The notes under the pieces: model-generated
What the model saw: only the letters and a program-made list of their open reading frames with translations
The model's database searches: none
What the model was told of the DNA's origin: nothing
Part shown: piece after piece, positions 1-13,716 of the stretch
Position numbering within the stretch: the first letter of the stretch is position 1
Layout: every line of letters starts with the position of its first letter
Program-made: the position numbers and the translations under genes
From: Podarcis erhardii
Taxonomy: Eukaryota
Length of the DNA stretch: 64,000 bases
Assembly: GCA_964252035.1 (NCBI GenBank)
Contig: OZ176203.1
Direction: 5' to 3' (one strand)

Positions 1-572
1 TTGGTATTGGGTCTTAGTGTAATTTTGCAAGCAATATGTGAAATGGCTGGAGTAGATGCAATCTAGCCAAATACACTTTTGTATAACCTGAAGGTAGACA
101 GTGCCCCATGTCCACAGCACTGTCCTGTGTTTGCTTAATTGAAGCAGTGGGTTGGTGACTATCTCAACAGGATCACTTGAATTTATAAAACAAAGCAAAG
201 TGCTCAGAATAGCTCCTGTTATATTCCAGTCTCCCCCACCCTTCTTCGCTGACATTTGTTTCTAAACAAAGCATACTGGAAGGGGAAGTTTCTCTGCTAA
301 TAGATTTACTTGAAGAGGTAATTGTGGGTGGAGGTCTTTCTGAAGCTGAATAATTGATTGAGTTAAGGGAGAAAGTGTGGTGTGTGAAAACACTTTTTTG
401 CTCATGTTTTCCAATGTGAGTGATTTGTTTTGGCTCAGCGTACTCATTATGCTGCATAATTAGTCATCTCTTTCATGACAATCTACCACAGCTTGACTCT
501 GTTTCATTGCTGCTTTATGTAAAGCCATTTATTATAACCCACACGCTTGATAACTTTCTTTTCTCCGAATAG

Positions 573-992
573 TGATTGCGGATGGCTTAACCGTTGGTAG
601 GTCAACAGCCCGCTCCACATCTACTTGGAACTTATCGGAAGGAGATGCATTTCAGTTGCGCTGCTCAGCGTCCACCAATTCTTCAGAACACACACATCTG
701 CATGTGTCTTGGGAATTCAGAAACGGGTTTGCCTGGCAAGAAATTCTCTCCTTGACGCATGAGGGCAAGTTCCAGCCTGGTTCAGAGTATAACGAGCGCT
801 ATATCAGTGGAGATGTGCGTTTAGATGCCATGGCCAATGACATTTACCGCTTGTCTGTGTCCCAAGCTCTTCCAACAGATGAAGGTGCCTATAGGTGTCG
901 AGTGAGTGAATGGGTTAAAGGTGCAGATGCTTCATGGCAGAAGATCCAAGAGAAGGCTGTGGATATAGCAAATGTTGTGGTGCAGCCAACAG
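573..992 (+). CDS. PTGFRN: PTGFRN coding exon (Ig-V domain 2; probable exon 3)
   Basis: Acceptor ttttctccgaatag|TG, donor ACAG|gtgag, phase 1-1, 420 bp. Translation VIADGLTVG...FQLRCSAS...DEGAYRCRVSEW has Ig-V C...W...DxGxYxC motifs resembling EWI-family PTGFRN. Confidence 0.93.
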
Positions 993-2301
993 GTGAGCAT
1001 GTAGATTCATGGAATGATGTTGCCTGTATCAGCATCTATGCTGTAACACCATTGTGGCTGTGGGACAGAATGTGCAGGCCACCAACATTTGGTGTAAAGC
1101 CATAGTGGCTTCCCCCTTAAGTATCTCAGCACAGTATATAACATAGCAACAGTGTGTACTTTCCTCAGTACATGTGTTAGGTGCGTTGTGAAGGCACCGC
1201 AAATAAGAACTTAGATAGTTGTATTTTCTTTGAATACCTACTGCATAGGTGTGTTTGGAATCTATTTAAATCCTAGGCTTCATAACAGAGGACTCTTTTC
1301 TTTTTCAGTAGTTTGTATAGGATATTTGTGTAAAAGGTCTTGTTACCTGGCTTTGGAGATTGCCTAGGGCTAAAGGAGAATTTAAATCTACAGTTGTTTT
1401 AAGTTCGCAACTTTCGCCCCAATAGCTTAGCTACCAGACAGTAGTCTTTAAATGACTGTTCCCCTTCCTTTGTTTAAATATACCTGTGTGCAATGCATGT
1501 GCTTTGAAGGATCATGCCAGGCTGCAAAATGTATACAGTGGTAATTTTGGAGAAGGAAGAATAAGCAAGTTGGCTTCTTGGCGGCAAAATGAAATTATAT
1601 GTTTTTGCAAGTATGCTCATACTGGACTTGCAATCCTTTAATCACCACACAGAGAATTTGAAAATGCCACAACAGTCATTCAGATGTGGTTCAGTTCTTC
1701 ATAGTAGTTAGCTTGTAAAATCTGATTTGTACTCCTTTGGGAGTGTGTCTTGGCTTTAGGTGTATTCATTATGAGAAACAACATCTCTGTGATGGTGAGA
1801 GACCCCCTTGATCTTCCCTGTGCTTGAAGTTATAATGCTTGTTATGTTGGAGTAGGTAGGCATGTGAGGTGTTTTTCCCCCCGGGAGGCTTAATTGTACG
1901 TAGCAAAATGTAGAGCCACTTGGAACACCTTCTGTTGGAACGATGTCATATCTAGACGTAAATTGTGTGAAGCTGGATTGACAGTGAATTTGATTAGAAA
2001 AATTTGTTGTGTCCTTGCATTTCCATGCACAAGGCAAAGCTAGCCGGTTTTTTATTCTAAGAAAACTGAAATTGCACAATGATTTGCTTCAGAACATAGA
2101 ATTAGATAAGTAGTGAAACTTGGGGGAAAAAGTTCACTGCCTGTTTTTCTATAGTTCAGCAATAATATATTGTGAGCTTTGCCTGTAAATATGTAGGACA
2201 CTAATTAAAAAAGCAGGCAGTAGAAGCCAACAGTTATGCTACCTGCTGTATTAAAGAGTTGAAAATAACACTTCTTTGTCTTGCTTCCCTCCTGCCAAAA
2301 G

Positions 2302-2685
2302 CTTTAGGTGTGTTCATCACCAGAAGCAATGTATCTGTGACAGAGGGGGACTCCCTTGACCTTACCTGCAACTTCACAACAGACAGAAGTGGTATTTTCC
2401 AAGCAGAGGTCAGGTGGTACTTCAGTGAATCACCTGATAGCACCATGGCAGAAGCTCAGGTTTTGCTAAGTGCAGACCGTGATTCTGTTGTTAGTGATTC
2501 TACCCTCATCAGCCTCAGCCATGTGGATCGGAGTTCTTACCACCTATTGGTACGTGATGTGAGCACTGAAGATTCTGGTTACTACTACTGCCAAGCAACT
2601 CTCTGGGTGCCACAGCACAATGGTAGCTGGCACAAGGTAGCAGAGAGGACATCTGTGCCTGTCACTGTGGAGGTGTTGGCATTAG
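2302..2685 (+). CDS. PTGFRN: PTGFRN coding exon (Ig domain 3; probable exon 4)
   Basis: Pyrimidine tract then aaaag|CT (alternative AG 6 nt downstream), donor TTAG|gtgag, 384 bp, phase 1-1. NVSVTEGDSLDLTCNFT...EDSGYYYCQATLW. Confidence 0.92.
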
Positions 2686-2738
2686 GTGAGTAGCTGGGTG
2701 GTGATGCTATAAAGTTGATGGATAATTTTTCTTGTGTA

Positions 2739-2876
2739 CTGATAGGGAACCTGTGGCCCTCCAGAGGCGGTGTGCTTTGAACTTGCATCAGTCCCTGCCA
2801 GTATGACCTAGTGGCAAAGTGATAATGGCAGCTGTAGTCCCAACAACCTTTGGAGGTCCACAAGTTTTCTATCCTG
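2739..2876. mobile_element. Diverged short hAT-like MITE (ggaacctgtggccctccaga family)
   Basis: Degenerate TIRs and internal similarity to the intact copy at 53019-53154. A further weak copy lies near 30425-30555. Confidence 0.55.
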
Positions 2877-5800
2877 TGTTTATACCACAATATGGAAGTG
2901 AACAGAAAATGGCATTCAATAGGAGTGATCCCTCCTGCCCTGGACTCTGTGTTGGAAGAAAATTATGTAGTTCTTAAAAATGCTAAACCCTTTTAAGACT
3001 TACCAGTTCATGCTCAGTGGTGGTGTGTCCAACATGGTCTCTTAACTATACCAGCCATCCTGGGCTTTTTTCATGACTAGCCATGGATGCCTTTTTGTGT
3101 CTAATGTGTCAGTCCTGAGAAAACATTTTAAAATGAAACGTTAAATGTGGCTCTTTAACTTGACTTAAAAGAACACAAAGATGGAATAGTCTTAATATTT
3201 AAAGTGATCCCTGTCTTGGAAGAGAGAGGGGACATTCAAAAGCTTTCAACAAGCCCAAAGGTGGTGTTGGTGGGATATATAAGCTGGAAATCCCCGCAGG
3301 ACCTGCCATGACATAAAACAGACTTATGCAGTGCTGGTTGTTGTTAAGTCTCGGTCTTCTTTAGCAGCCTGCCTGAAAATACATGGGCTGCCATCCTCTG
3401 TAGCAATGTAATTTTTCCCATTAGTCATCCAAAGAGAAAATTCAAAATTGTTCAGTTTTTTTAGCTGGAAATGTTCCGTACTGTTTTAAGTTCTTCTTTT
3501 AAAAAAACCCAAAATAAAATGTGTTTGCTCCAAAGACAAGAGACAGGAAGGGAATCAACTGATAAATAAAAATATAGTCAAATGCACACTTGTTCTGAAG
3601 ACCACATCTATAGTTTCTATCAGGAAGATAGTATCGTTTGGCAAAGCTGCATAGTAGAATCTGGTCTCAGGTAGTCCAGCGACTCATCTAGACACCTTCT
3701 TGTGCTCTGATTTGTTGTTCTTGAGTGTGGCTTGGACGACTGGACTAATCCCACAGTCACTACTATAATGGTTCTTTCAGACCCATTGGCAGATCTGCCA
3801 GATTTCCTTGGGGAAATCCTAAGAATAATATAGATCACTTTCTATTATTTAATGGACATTATATCATATGGAAAGATTAGGAGGTGAACCAGAAGTTTGT
3901 CTAGACAAAAACAGTGTTTTTCACTTTTCCTTACCCCAATATTCTGCTTTGACTTTATGGAGAACTGTGTTTTCACTAACTCTGTTTTCCTGGCTGAACT
4001 CTTAAGCTACTGAGATCTGCTTTTTATGCAGATGTTCTAGGAAATGAGCATCCAGGCAGGAGAGATATGGAAAACTGAAAGCCTAGCACAAATTTCTAAA
4101 GAACCATGTTGTTCTGTAGAGTTTGCCTTGACGTGTCAGCATCTCTTAGAGGATAATTTAAAAAATCAAGTTTCTGGCTTTTGACTTTGCAATTAGGAGC
4201 CAGATGATTCTTGACAGCCTTTCAAGCAGTGGGAGCAAGCATTTCTACTTATACTCTGCTGAAATTCAAGCATTGTGCATATACACTTCTGAATGCTATC
4301 GTAGCACAATCGGAGATCTGGTTGATGGTAACCCAGTCCTGACAGCCACAGCATCTCTTGTACTTCAGAGAGCCAAGACAGCTGAAAATCCACTTCTGCA
4401 GTATTTGTACAATCCAATTTTAAACATGTTTATCTGCAAGTAAATCTCTTTGGCTGCGTTACCGTTTAATAGCAAGCCCAAGAGTATAAGCTGATAACAA
4501 ATAATGGTGTAAGCCCGGCTAGTGATGTTGGTTTGTTTGGGCAATGCAAACCACAACCTTGGATTTGGATGAAACTAAGCCAGCTGCCTTTTTATTATTT
4601 GTTTCTCTGCTCTCAAGGACTAGAATAGTGAAACAGCCCTTGTGCACTACCTAGCATGGTTTATGAAACTTCAGTTAGTATTTAGCGCTATGTGTAAATG
4701 CAGCCATTGAGTTCAGTAGGCTGATAGGTTAGTTTAGAATTATAGCCTTAGAGGAAGGAGAATAAGCTGTGCAAGTTTTGAAAGGAAAGGAAAGGAAATC
4801 TCAAGATGGCCTAATGATTTCCATCCTGCTTGCTGTAGGCCTAATTATGATAGAGAGCTTGTCTCTTATTCTTCTCATCCAACAGACATCCCACCGAATG
4901 CAACTAAACAGAGAGGTGCCACTGATTCTGTACACTCAGTGTACTTCTGTTACCAATATTATCTGGAAAGCATCCATAGCTTTAAAAGCTGCCTTGAATA
5001 GGGTGCCTTTTTTCTGCATTGAAAGTATTCGGTTGGTCACTGGGAATTTCTTCGCCTTTGCATCCCAAATTAGTAATTATTTTGATGCAGGTTAAGGGGG
5101 AGGAGCAAAATGTTTTTCAAATGATCTTACATTGCCTGCGGGTGGGAAAAGCAGGAGAGGAATTCTCATCTGTAGTACATAAACTGCATCCAAAATTCAA
5201 CAGCAGCCCCCTCCTACTTGATTGAAGTTTGAGAGCTTGGCAGGGTATTAAGTCGTTGAACTGTCAGCAAGGCTGTTCTTTGACAGCTGACAAGAGTGCA
5301 GGAATGAGGCTTATCCAGCAAGCCTTTTATTCCTTCCTGCTAAATCCTCTGTCTGAGAGTCAGTGTGAAGAGACTAGCTGGAGCACTCCTGTCAAAGCCA
5401 AAACTTGCCCCAGCCATCCTATTCCCTATAGGTCTTCCAAATGCTGGATATGATTAGCTGACATCCCATTTACCTTCAACTTTCTTCTATTTCCTAATGA
5501 GGACATGAAAATGTTGTTGGTGCTTCTGCTTGGAAGCAAGCTGCTCCAGTGAATTATGTGGGCTGGTTCAGATTATCATATACCATTATGCTGAGCCAAG
5601 AACAAGCCTTTTGGCCGCACATGAGCAGCTCTTTTGCTCCTCCCTTCCCGCTAACAAACCAGGGAGACGTTGATTAACTATTGCTTCCTGTATCAGCCAA
5701 ACCAGGAAATTAATTGTTGTGGAACAAGTAAGGGTATCAATCCAACTTCAAACTAAGTTTTCATATCCTGGCTTGTTCAGAAACTGTTAACAATAGTTTC

Positions 5801-6671
5801 CTTGTTTGGACAAAATAGTAAACTGTAGCAAAGTGGGGAGCAAGGGAACTGTGTGTGCATCCATAAGCCTCATTCAGATCTTGACATTAAGGTGAGGTAT
5901 GATTGGCCAACCCAGCCCTTTTTGTGGCTCATTAACTAGCTTTCCCTCCACGACCTTTATAAATATTGGTAGTGCATTGTATTCCTTCTTTTCTGGGATC
6001 CTAAATATGGTTGCTAAGAGCAGAAAGTAGGCCCTTCATAGTTCTTTCAGACTTGTGATTATGAAACTGTCAGAAATTGTATTTAAAAAAGAACAGTAAA
6101 GTTAACTTGAAGGGTATATTCAGTTTCTAGCACTGGCATTCAACACCAGGAACAAGTAAATGTGGGATGCTCTCCAATATTGGCTTGCTCTAGTGCCAGC
6201 TTTCCTCTGCCAAGGTCGCTGAAGTGGGCAATAAAATGAATGGTAAAGCAGTGTACAGAAACCTGACACGCTCTTGGCATGCCCTTCCAAAATGGGGAGC
6301 ATGTTCATTAAAATGAAACATTTCCCTGAGAGGCAGACTTTGCAATTGCAATGCAGTGTTCTGTAACCAGAATGTTGTATTATGAAATTCCTACAGTATA
6401 GTGTGACTTACTAAATGTTGGCTTTAGAATCTGCCTTTTGTTTGACTTGGGGCTGCATGCCATGAAGATACTCCATTTCTGGGAATTACATGGTCCACTG
6501 TCACCAGCTAAGTAGTAAATGCCCCATCCTATGCCATGACTTGCAAGATGCCAAAAGAATGTTGCCGTTCTGAAATGATAAATGTGAAAATGTAGCCTGT
6601 ATTCTGAATTGGTCTTTATTTCATACTTTTGTTTCCTTGTCTGTCTCCCTGCTTTTCAAAATGCTCCGCAG

Positions 6672-7097
6672 AGCCAACTTACCATGTGTTTCTGAATGCG
6701 ACTAAAACACCTAAGTATGCAGAAGATCCCACAGAATTGGAATGTAGGATCACAGAGGCGCAGAACACTGAAACAAATGTGCGTTTCACTGTCTCATGGT
6801 ACTACCGATTACCTATGCGCAGTGATGAAGTAGTGAAAGATGAACTTCTTGCCACCATGGATGCAGACTGGACGCTGGTAGTTGGGGACAGAAGCAAACA
6901 ACGGGCCCAGAATGGGGAAATTATTTTCTCTAAACCAACTGTGGACACCTTTCGCTTACGAATCCAGTGGACCTTTGAAGCAGACAGAGGAGATTATTAT
7001 TGTGTAATTTCTTCATGGAGCAGGCAACGAAATAACAGCTGGATAAAGATCAAGGATGTGGCTTCTGTGCCTGTAAGCATTTTATGGTCTACACAAG
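6672..7097 (+). CDS. PTGFRN: PTGFRN coding exon (Ig domain 4; probable exon 5)
   Basis: ccgcag|AG acceptor, CAAG|gtagg donor, 426 bp. EPTYHVFLNATKTPKYAEDPTELECRI resembles human EPDYQVYLNASKVPGFADDPTELACRV (recalled). Confidence 0.94.
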
Positions 7098-10000
7098 GTA
7101 GGAATCTTGTACAGCCTGACTTTAAAAACTTCTGATGCAAATTGTTGGTGACTCAGTGGCTTGCCTTTAGAGACTCTGAGATGGAAAATTTCTAAAGGGT
7201 TTTGATAGATGTATATACATCTGCCATTGCCATCTTTGGATGGGAAAGTGGATGAAAGTGGCTAATGATGAGATCAAAGAGCACAGTACCATTTAGGAAT
7301 GTTCAGCACAATCAACAATAATTCCAAGCTAAGGTTGCTAAGAGTCCTGTGCTAGAAATATTTTAGGGCAGCGTACACAGGGCTACTAGTGCATCGGGGC
7401 TTCCCCGCTTTCCTGTCCCCCAGCTCCAACTCCAGCTCCCTCCTCTCCCCCCCCCCCCAATTGACTTGGAGGCATCAGGAGAACACCCAGAACAATGTGT
7501 GGAGGGAGAAGAGGGAAAATCATTCCATCCAGCAAGCACTCTGGCAATGTTGAATTCCTCCCACAGGGTGTTATTCAACTAAAATTTCCTCAGAGTGGTC
7601 CCACTGAAATGAATGAACATGGCTAGGTTAGGTCAAATAATTTTAGTAAGTCTGCTTTTAGTAAAGCTTAGTTGAATATCACCCACACCATCACAAACTC
7701 TTGTCCAAACTCCTCCTGGCAATGCACCAGGAAGCAGCTTGAAATGTATGCGAAGGTGGAGTCCTGAGGAAATAGCAGCTGCAGGGAACTAGTGCAAGGA
7801 GTTGTGCAAGAGATTGAAGGTTTATCTGGAATTCTTAGAGTTCATCAGATGCAGACTACACAGTCAGGATATTTTTTCACACCCAGGCAACAAGAGAAAA
7901 AATTAAAAAATGATATTACGTTTGTTTTGTTTAGAACGATTTACAGGCCATTTAATCACAACTCTCTACTCTTAAGTGGATGTGGGAGGTGGGGACATGG
8001 AAGATGGACCACAATGCTGGTTGTCACGGTGGCCTGGGATATCCAGCCCCCTCGGCATCATGATTAGAATGAAGGAAATCAAGTAATTGACTTGGATCAT
8101 TATCAGATTCCTGTTCTTTTAATAGAGTAAACTAACAGCTGTTTTTGGTTAGAGCTTTTATCTGATGTAAAGTTGTGTCTAGACAGCAGCCAACAGTCCT
8201 GATTGGGCACTCCTGCACATAACTTAACTTGAGTGTGGGAAACATGCTTTAAAAAGGCAAGCTGCCCTTTTCCTTGGAACACCTTGTGTTCATTGCCTGT
8301 AGAAAGCACAAGCAGAAACTTGCATTAGTTCCCGAAAGCCCTGTGATATTCCAGAACAGACCAAAGTAGCCTCGAAGTCTGGGCTGTAAAGGGTGGAAGA
8401 AACAGAAACAGCATTTCCAAATCCACATGCCTCAGAGCTGTCAACAGTCACCTTCATGAAGATTTTTCAGAATGTAATTATTTGTCGGCGGCAGCTACAA
8501 TACTGTGTCATACGCTGCACTAAGGGCTGACTTGAAAGTTCATGAGATCAATGGCTTCAGTTCTTGTTGAATGCCCGGGACAAGTTGCTACTTCTGAACC
8601 AGAGTTTTCCTGTCTCCATTTTTACATGTGGGGATCTGCTACAAGGTGTTTGTAAGAATGAAAACACCATGGTGAATCAGAGTTGCTGTGTTCTTTTTCT
8701 GTCAACTTGCTTTGAGTATGTGTTTACTGAACCAGTCGAGAAGCAGTTTTGCCATGAGGCTAGATAGTGTACAGTATGCTGCACCAGGTATCCAATTAAA
8801 GCACTGAATCTGGGCTTCGAGTGTTCGATTGAAACAATTCATGCTAGTATTCCTTTTTGAGTAATGGTCTCAGCAATACAAAGGCAAGGCTTTGGTGGTA
8901 CTTGGGACAGTTCTGTGTGTGGCCCAGGCTGGAGGCTGTATTCAGCAACAGTCATCCCCAGACTAGGTCTCAGAGCTGCAGTTTATCAGAGTTGCTAGCT
9001 CTGTCTTTGATGGGAGAAGCCCCTTCATTTAAAAGGACTCTGCTTGCTTTATCTCTGGCAGAGCAGGCAAGGCTGTGGTTCTTCTAAGGCTTCTGAGCTG
9101 GAGTTCTCAGAGGAAGGCAATGCAGCACCCAGCAGCTGGAGAGGGACTGACACAATGGGCTCCTCTTTTTCCAAGTGTAAATTTGAGGCTGACCATCTTC
9201 CACCCTGAGTTCCTGGTCTCATCCCCTGGAGAAGGATGTCATGATCCCAGTGTCCGGGCAGACAGGCTCATTGTCAAAGCACTGCATTACAAGAAAGGAG
9301 AGAGAAAAATACCCCTGTGTTTTCTATTAACAGTGCAAAATAAGCACATTTTTTGTACAGTTTCCCTTATTCTGCAAATTTCATTAGTTTACATAATTTT
9401 ATTTTGGTTTCTTTTAATGATGTGGTGCAAAGAGGTACCAAAGCACTGAAGCCCCACTGCCAACCAGGAGGGGTTTTTTTTTTTTACGGCATTTACAAGC
9501 CACCCTATAATAAATATTCTTGGCATTTACATAATTAAAATACAATAAATAAAAACTTAAGCTTTGTGCTTAAATTAGTCATACAGTGCAGTACTATAAA
9601 AGTATGGGAGGAGGTAAAAATCAAGACCGTAAAACAAAAGCTAAAAGAGCAAAGAATGAAACCGAAAATCTAAAACAGATTTAAAAGGCTGCAGCAACCT
9701 TAAAAGGCCTGGGGGGAAACTTAATCTGGCACCAGAAAATCTGAACTAGTTTCTGCTGTGCCGTTCAGTGGTTGAGGCATGCTTTTCAAGAGAGGTATCT
9801 TCCATTCTTCCTCTTGCTTGGTAACGAAAAGTTAACTAACTGATAAAGAAGGGACCAAGTCAGCAGGGAAATCCTGGCTTTGTGTCTAAGAGTGTCACAT
9901 AGTGAATGGACAGCTTGCAGCTCAGCGCAAAAGGTTCAGTGCAAAAGGAATAAATTAGTGGATCAGGAGGAAAGATCTGTGGCTCACTTAATTTATAGTC

Positions 10001-11344
10001 ACGCAGTGATTATTTTAGTAACTAGATGCTTATTGAAACATCCAAGCTTGGAGTTGAAGTTTCTGGCTCTAACACCACACTGGCAAACTTTTTGAGAGCA
10101 AGTGTGCACTTCAGCTGTGGGACGGGACTAGGAGAATGTTCCTTGTCCATGGGCTTCTATCTAATACAGTGATATCTTTCAAAGGATGAAGAACTAACTA
10201 CACGAATGCATTGCACAACTCACTATCTTCAGGCAGGAATGCTTAAATTAGCAGCCCAGACTTCCATCGCAAACACTAAAACTCATTCTCTTGGGATACC
10301 TTTCTGGGTCATAGAATTAAGTTTTGTTGTGTTTTAAAAGCAGCTTATTGGCTGCCTGATGAACGCCAAGCTGCTCTGCAATTTTTTGCTCCATTGGGCC
10401 AAGCAGGTATTGCCCATAGGCAAGCACTTGAGTGGCAAACAACACATTCACCCTGTGCTCTCCACGTACTTGCTGTTGCTCACCAGAGAGCTAGGTGAGC
10501 AGTGCTGGTCCACTGCAGCATCAGCTGCATACATGGAGCTAGTAGCCCTTTGTGGCTAAAAAGGAGAGGAGAGTCATGCCTACAGCTGTCATGTTTAGCA
10601 CTGGGCCATCACTGTTGCTGCCGTCAGGGATAGAATTGGGGCAGAAGTCCTGGGCCCCTCTGGACAGGGAGTCCCCCTAGATGCAGCAGGATGGGCTTGC
10701 CACATTTCAAAGCAAGAATTAAAGAAGGGTCCCTGTAAGATTGTCTCGAATAAGGTCCCTTACCATCTAAAAGCCCCACCTCCACTTTTCATAGACCATT
10801 AGGTCTAGAGTCCAAAATTTATCTAATGGATTATAGTCTTGCAGATGCATTTGAGGTGTGTTCTCCAACCTTAAAATCATGTTTGTTTGTTGATTTGGTT
10901 TTATTTATTTAAGCAATTTATATACTGCAAAGCTATAATTGTCTCCAAATGGTTTACAAGGCTGGGATGGTTGTGTGGCTGCTGCAGTACAGGAGGAAGG
11001 GGATCAGAAGGGAGGCAGCAGCAACAACAGTTCAGGCAAGCAGAGCAAGACTGAGAGATCAGTGCCTTGAATATGTATCCAAATTCAAAAGCGTTGCATG
11101 AAAAATAAGACCTTTGAAAAACAAAACACCTTTTCTTATACATTTGATGCAGTGCAGTCTTTATCATATATATTGCTGTTCCAAGAGAGCTTGACCTTTT
11201 TAAAAATTCTGACCTTTCCTAGATTATGACTCGGACGGCAAATTGCCAACAATATCTGTGATCTAGTCCTTCTGCTTGTGATCTATTCCTCCTTCCTCTT
11301 TTATTATAATGAGTGACCTATTCCCATTTGCTCAGTGGCATTAT

Positions 11345-11700
11345 CTATTTCCAGCATTTGTACCCTGCCTTCCTATAATAATCAAGATACTTACATTGGT
11401 CAATAGAAATATACAACAACCCATACACATCAATAAATTAATATTAAAGTAACAAAAAGCATAGGATAGGATCTCGCTTTAAAGCAGCATCCAGAAAAAC
11501 ATTGTGAAACAGGGCAGTTTCTGCTGCCTGCTGGAAGCTGATCAGCTGTTTCTCAGGAGTTAGGCACCACAGCAGAGAAGGCCCTGTCTTTTATAGGCCC
11601 CTGCTATGTTCTTGTTGGCAGAAGAGCATGGAGCAGGGCCTCTGGCTTATCAAGGGTGCATTTGGGAGGCGACTTTGACCTAATATACCTGCAGTGGCTC
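11345..11700 (-). mobile_element. Old L2-type LINE 3' end
   Basis: Reverse-strand match to recalled lizard L2 3' end motifs (ggcaccacagcagagaaggccct; tgtaccctgccttcc). Confidence 0.5.
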
Positions 11701-13490
11701 AGATAATAGTTTTCCTTCCTTAGTAAAATTTATTCTTAGCATATTTGGGACCCAAAATCCTGCAGGAAAATAAGAGATGGCTTCAGCAAAGGCAAAAGCC
11801 TCTCTATGTCTACAGTTCATTGAGGGGAGCTAAGTGTATACCACATCCATATGAAATACCCAAATCTGATTTTAAAAACAGAACTCTGCAATTTCTATGT
11901 TTTGTAAAGTAAAATTTAAAAAGTAGTTTTGGTAGACTGCAAACCATGGTTTCAGGGCAATCTTAATTAACTCAAGCCCTGATCTGACTAACATCTAAAG
12001 CAAAATATAGAGCAGGCAGTGTGGGATTGGGGGGGGGGGGAAGCATGTGGGCCTGCTGTGCAGACTGCACATGGTTTTCAGACCTGAAGTTAGTTTGTGT
12101 GAAACAAGTCTGCAGATTGGTTTATATACATGCACCAAATGTATGGATTCCTCTGGTGGCTGATAAAAATGTGACATTTTAAAATTTGTGTGACATACTT
12201 GGGCTAAGAATGTTTTCCTCCACCTGGACTGAAATGGAAGCTTTTCTTTGTAAAGTACAGTATCCAAATTGCTTGTCACTCATACGAGGCTTTTTAGCTG
12301 CTGTGTCTCCTGAGAGAAATGTAGCATAAACAGTATAATAGCTGTTCAGACTTTAAAATGTTGCCTTGTTTGTGAAAGACAGATTTATCCCATTTTTGTT
12401 AGACTGTGGAAATCTGTTTATACTCTTTTGGATGTGCTTTGAGTGATCTGAAATGTGGTGGCTGCATGTGTGGCATTCTTTCCCCCTGCTTTTTTATTTA
12501 TTTTAAAGTAAACACAGTTTTCCTTGATATTTTAGCAAGTTCCATTTCTTGCCAGATGTGCAAAACAGTATTTTGACAGCTCATCTTTGTTTCTGATGCT
12601 GGTTTCTCCTCCTGCCCCCCCCCTTGCTTTTCAAATCCCTTTTCTTCTTACCAAGTGATGAGTTTGGGTCTCATGTGCATAACTTAATTTTGAGTTGCTC
12701 TGTGTAAACCAAATAACATTAAAACTAAACTATGTTAACTGAATTACATAGGTCTGTGCATATGTTTTTACTAGACTTTGCAGCTCCTTAAAGCACTTGA
12801 CCTGAGGGTTGTTGATTATGATCTGCAGTGGAATGGCTCTCTGCAGGGACTGAACATTGGTGGTCCTAGCCTCAGGCAGATGATTTGGACATAAAACCAG
12901 TCAGAATATGTGGCTTAGCTCCAGATTTGCGATAGTCCTGACCTCCTGTTGACCCAGGTAGGTCATGTAGTATTTGAGGTCCTGTGTTCACAACTTCCTC
13001 ACCGTTGTCTGCCACCATCTCTGTAACACTATCTCTTGATTTAGCCTTCAGCATTGCATTCTAGAGTTTGTGGCAATCTGAATTTTGTTAAGATTACATG
13101 CCAGGAAATGATGGAAGTACCTCAGGCCCACTGCTGTTCATAGGCTAGAGGTTCTCTGTGTTGGACTTAAGTCTCTGTGGATTACACACAGCTCTTGTTT
13201 GTAGGATATCTATTTTTATTACTTATTTTAAATTTTGTTTTATGAGAAGCATTGAGACCTAGGAACATTTTGCCTATAGTTTTTAACCATGATTTGTGAC
13301 TATAGGCAAAACTTTCCCAGGCAACGTGAATTGGCCCAGTGGCTTGAAGAAGTAGAAATACTTGAACTAGAGATCTGTAGAGTTCACTCTGAACATTCCA
13401 GTTTTTGGAAATATTAAGGAAGCTATAGGACTCCCTTCGCTATGTCTGCAAACCTGAATATCTGGGGAGGAAGATTGGGCAGTGGCAATA

Positions 13491-13716
13491 CAGTGGTACC
13501 TCGGGTTAAGAACTTAATTCGTTCTGGAGGTTTGTTCTTAACCTGAAACTGTTCTTAACCTGAAGCACCACTTTAGTTAATGGGGCCTCCCGCTGCTGCC
13601 GCACCCCCGCCGTGCGATTTCTGTTCTTATCCTGAAGCAAAGTTCTTAACCCGAGGTACTATTTCTGGGTTAGCGGAGTCTGTAACCTGAAGTGTCTGTA
13701 ACCCGAGGTACCACTG
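13491..13716. mobile_element. Tc1/mariner (Tigger-like) MITE, 226 bp, intact
   Basis: TIRs cagtggtacctcgggtta...taacccgaggtaccactg flanked by TA on both sides. Confidence 0.9.

Noticed and set aside
572-1105. ORF-track starts and ends for the PTGFRN ORFs as standalone genes
   Set aside because: The ORFs run past the splice sites into introns; true exon bounds were set from AG/GT junctions and phase.
2755-2775. CTCF-like ggccctccagaggcgg
   Set aside because: It is one base short of the core spacing and lies within a MITE terminus.
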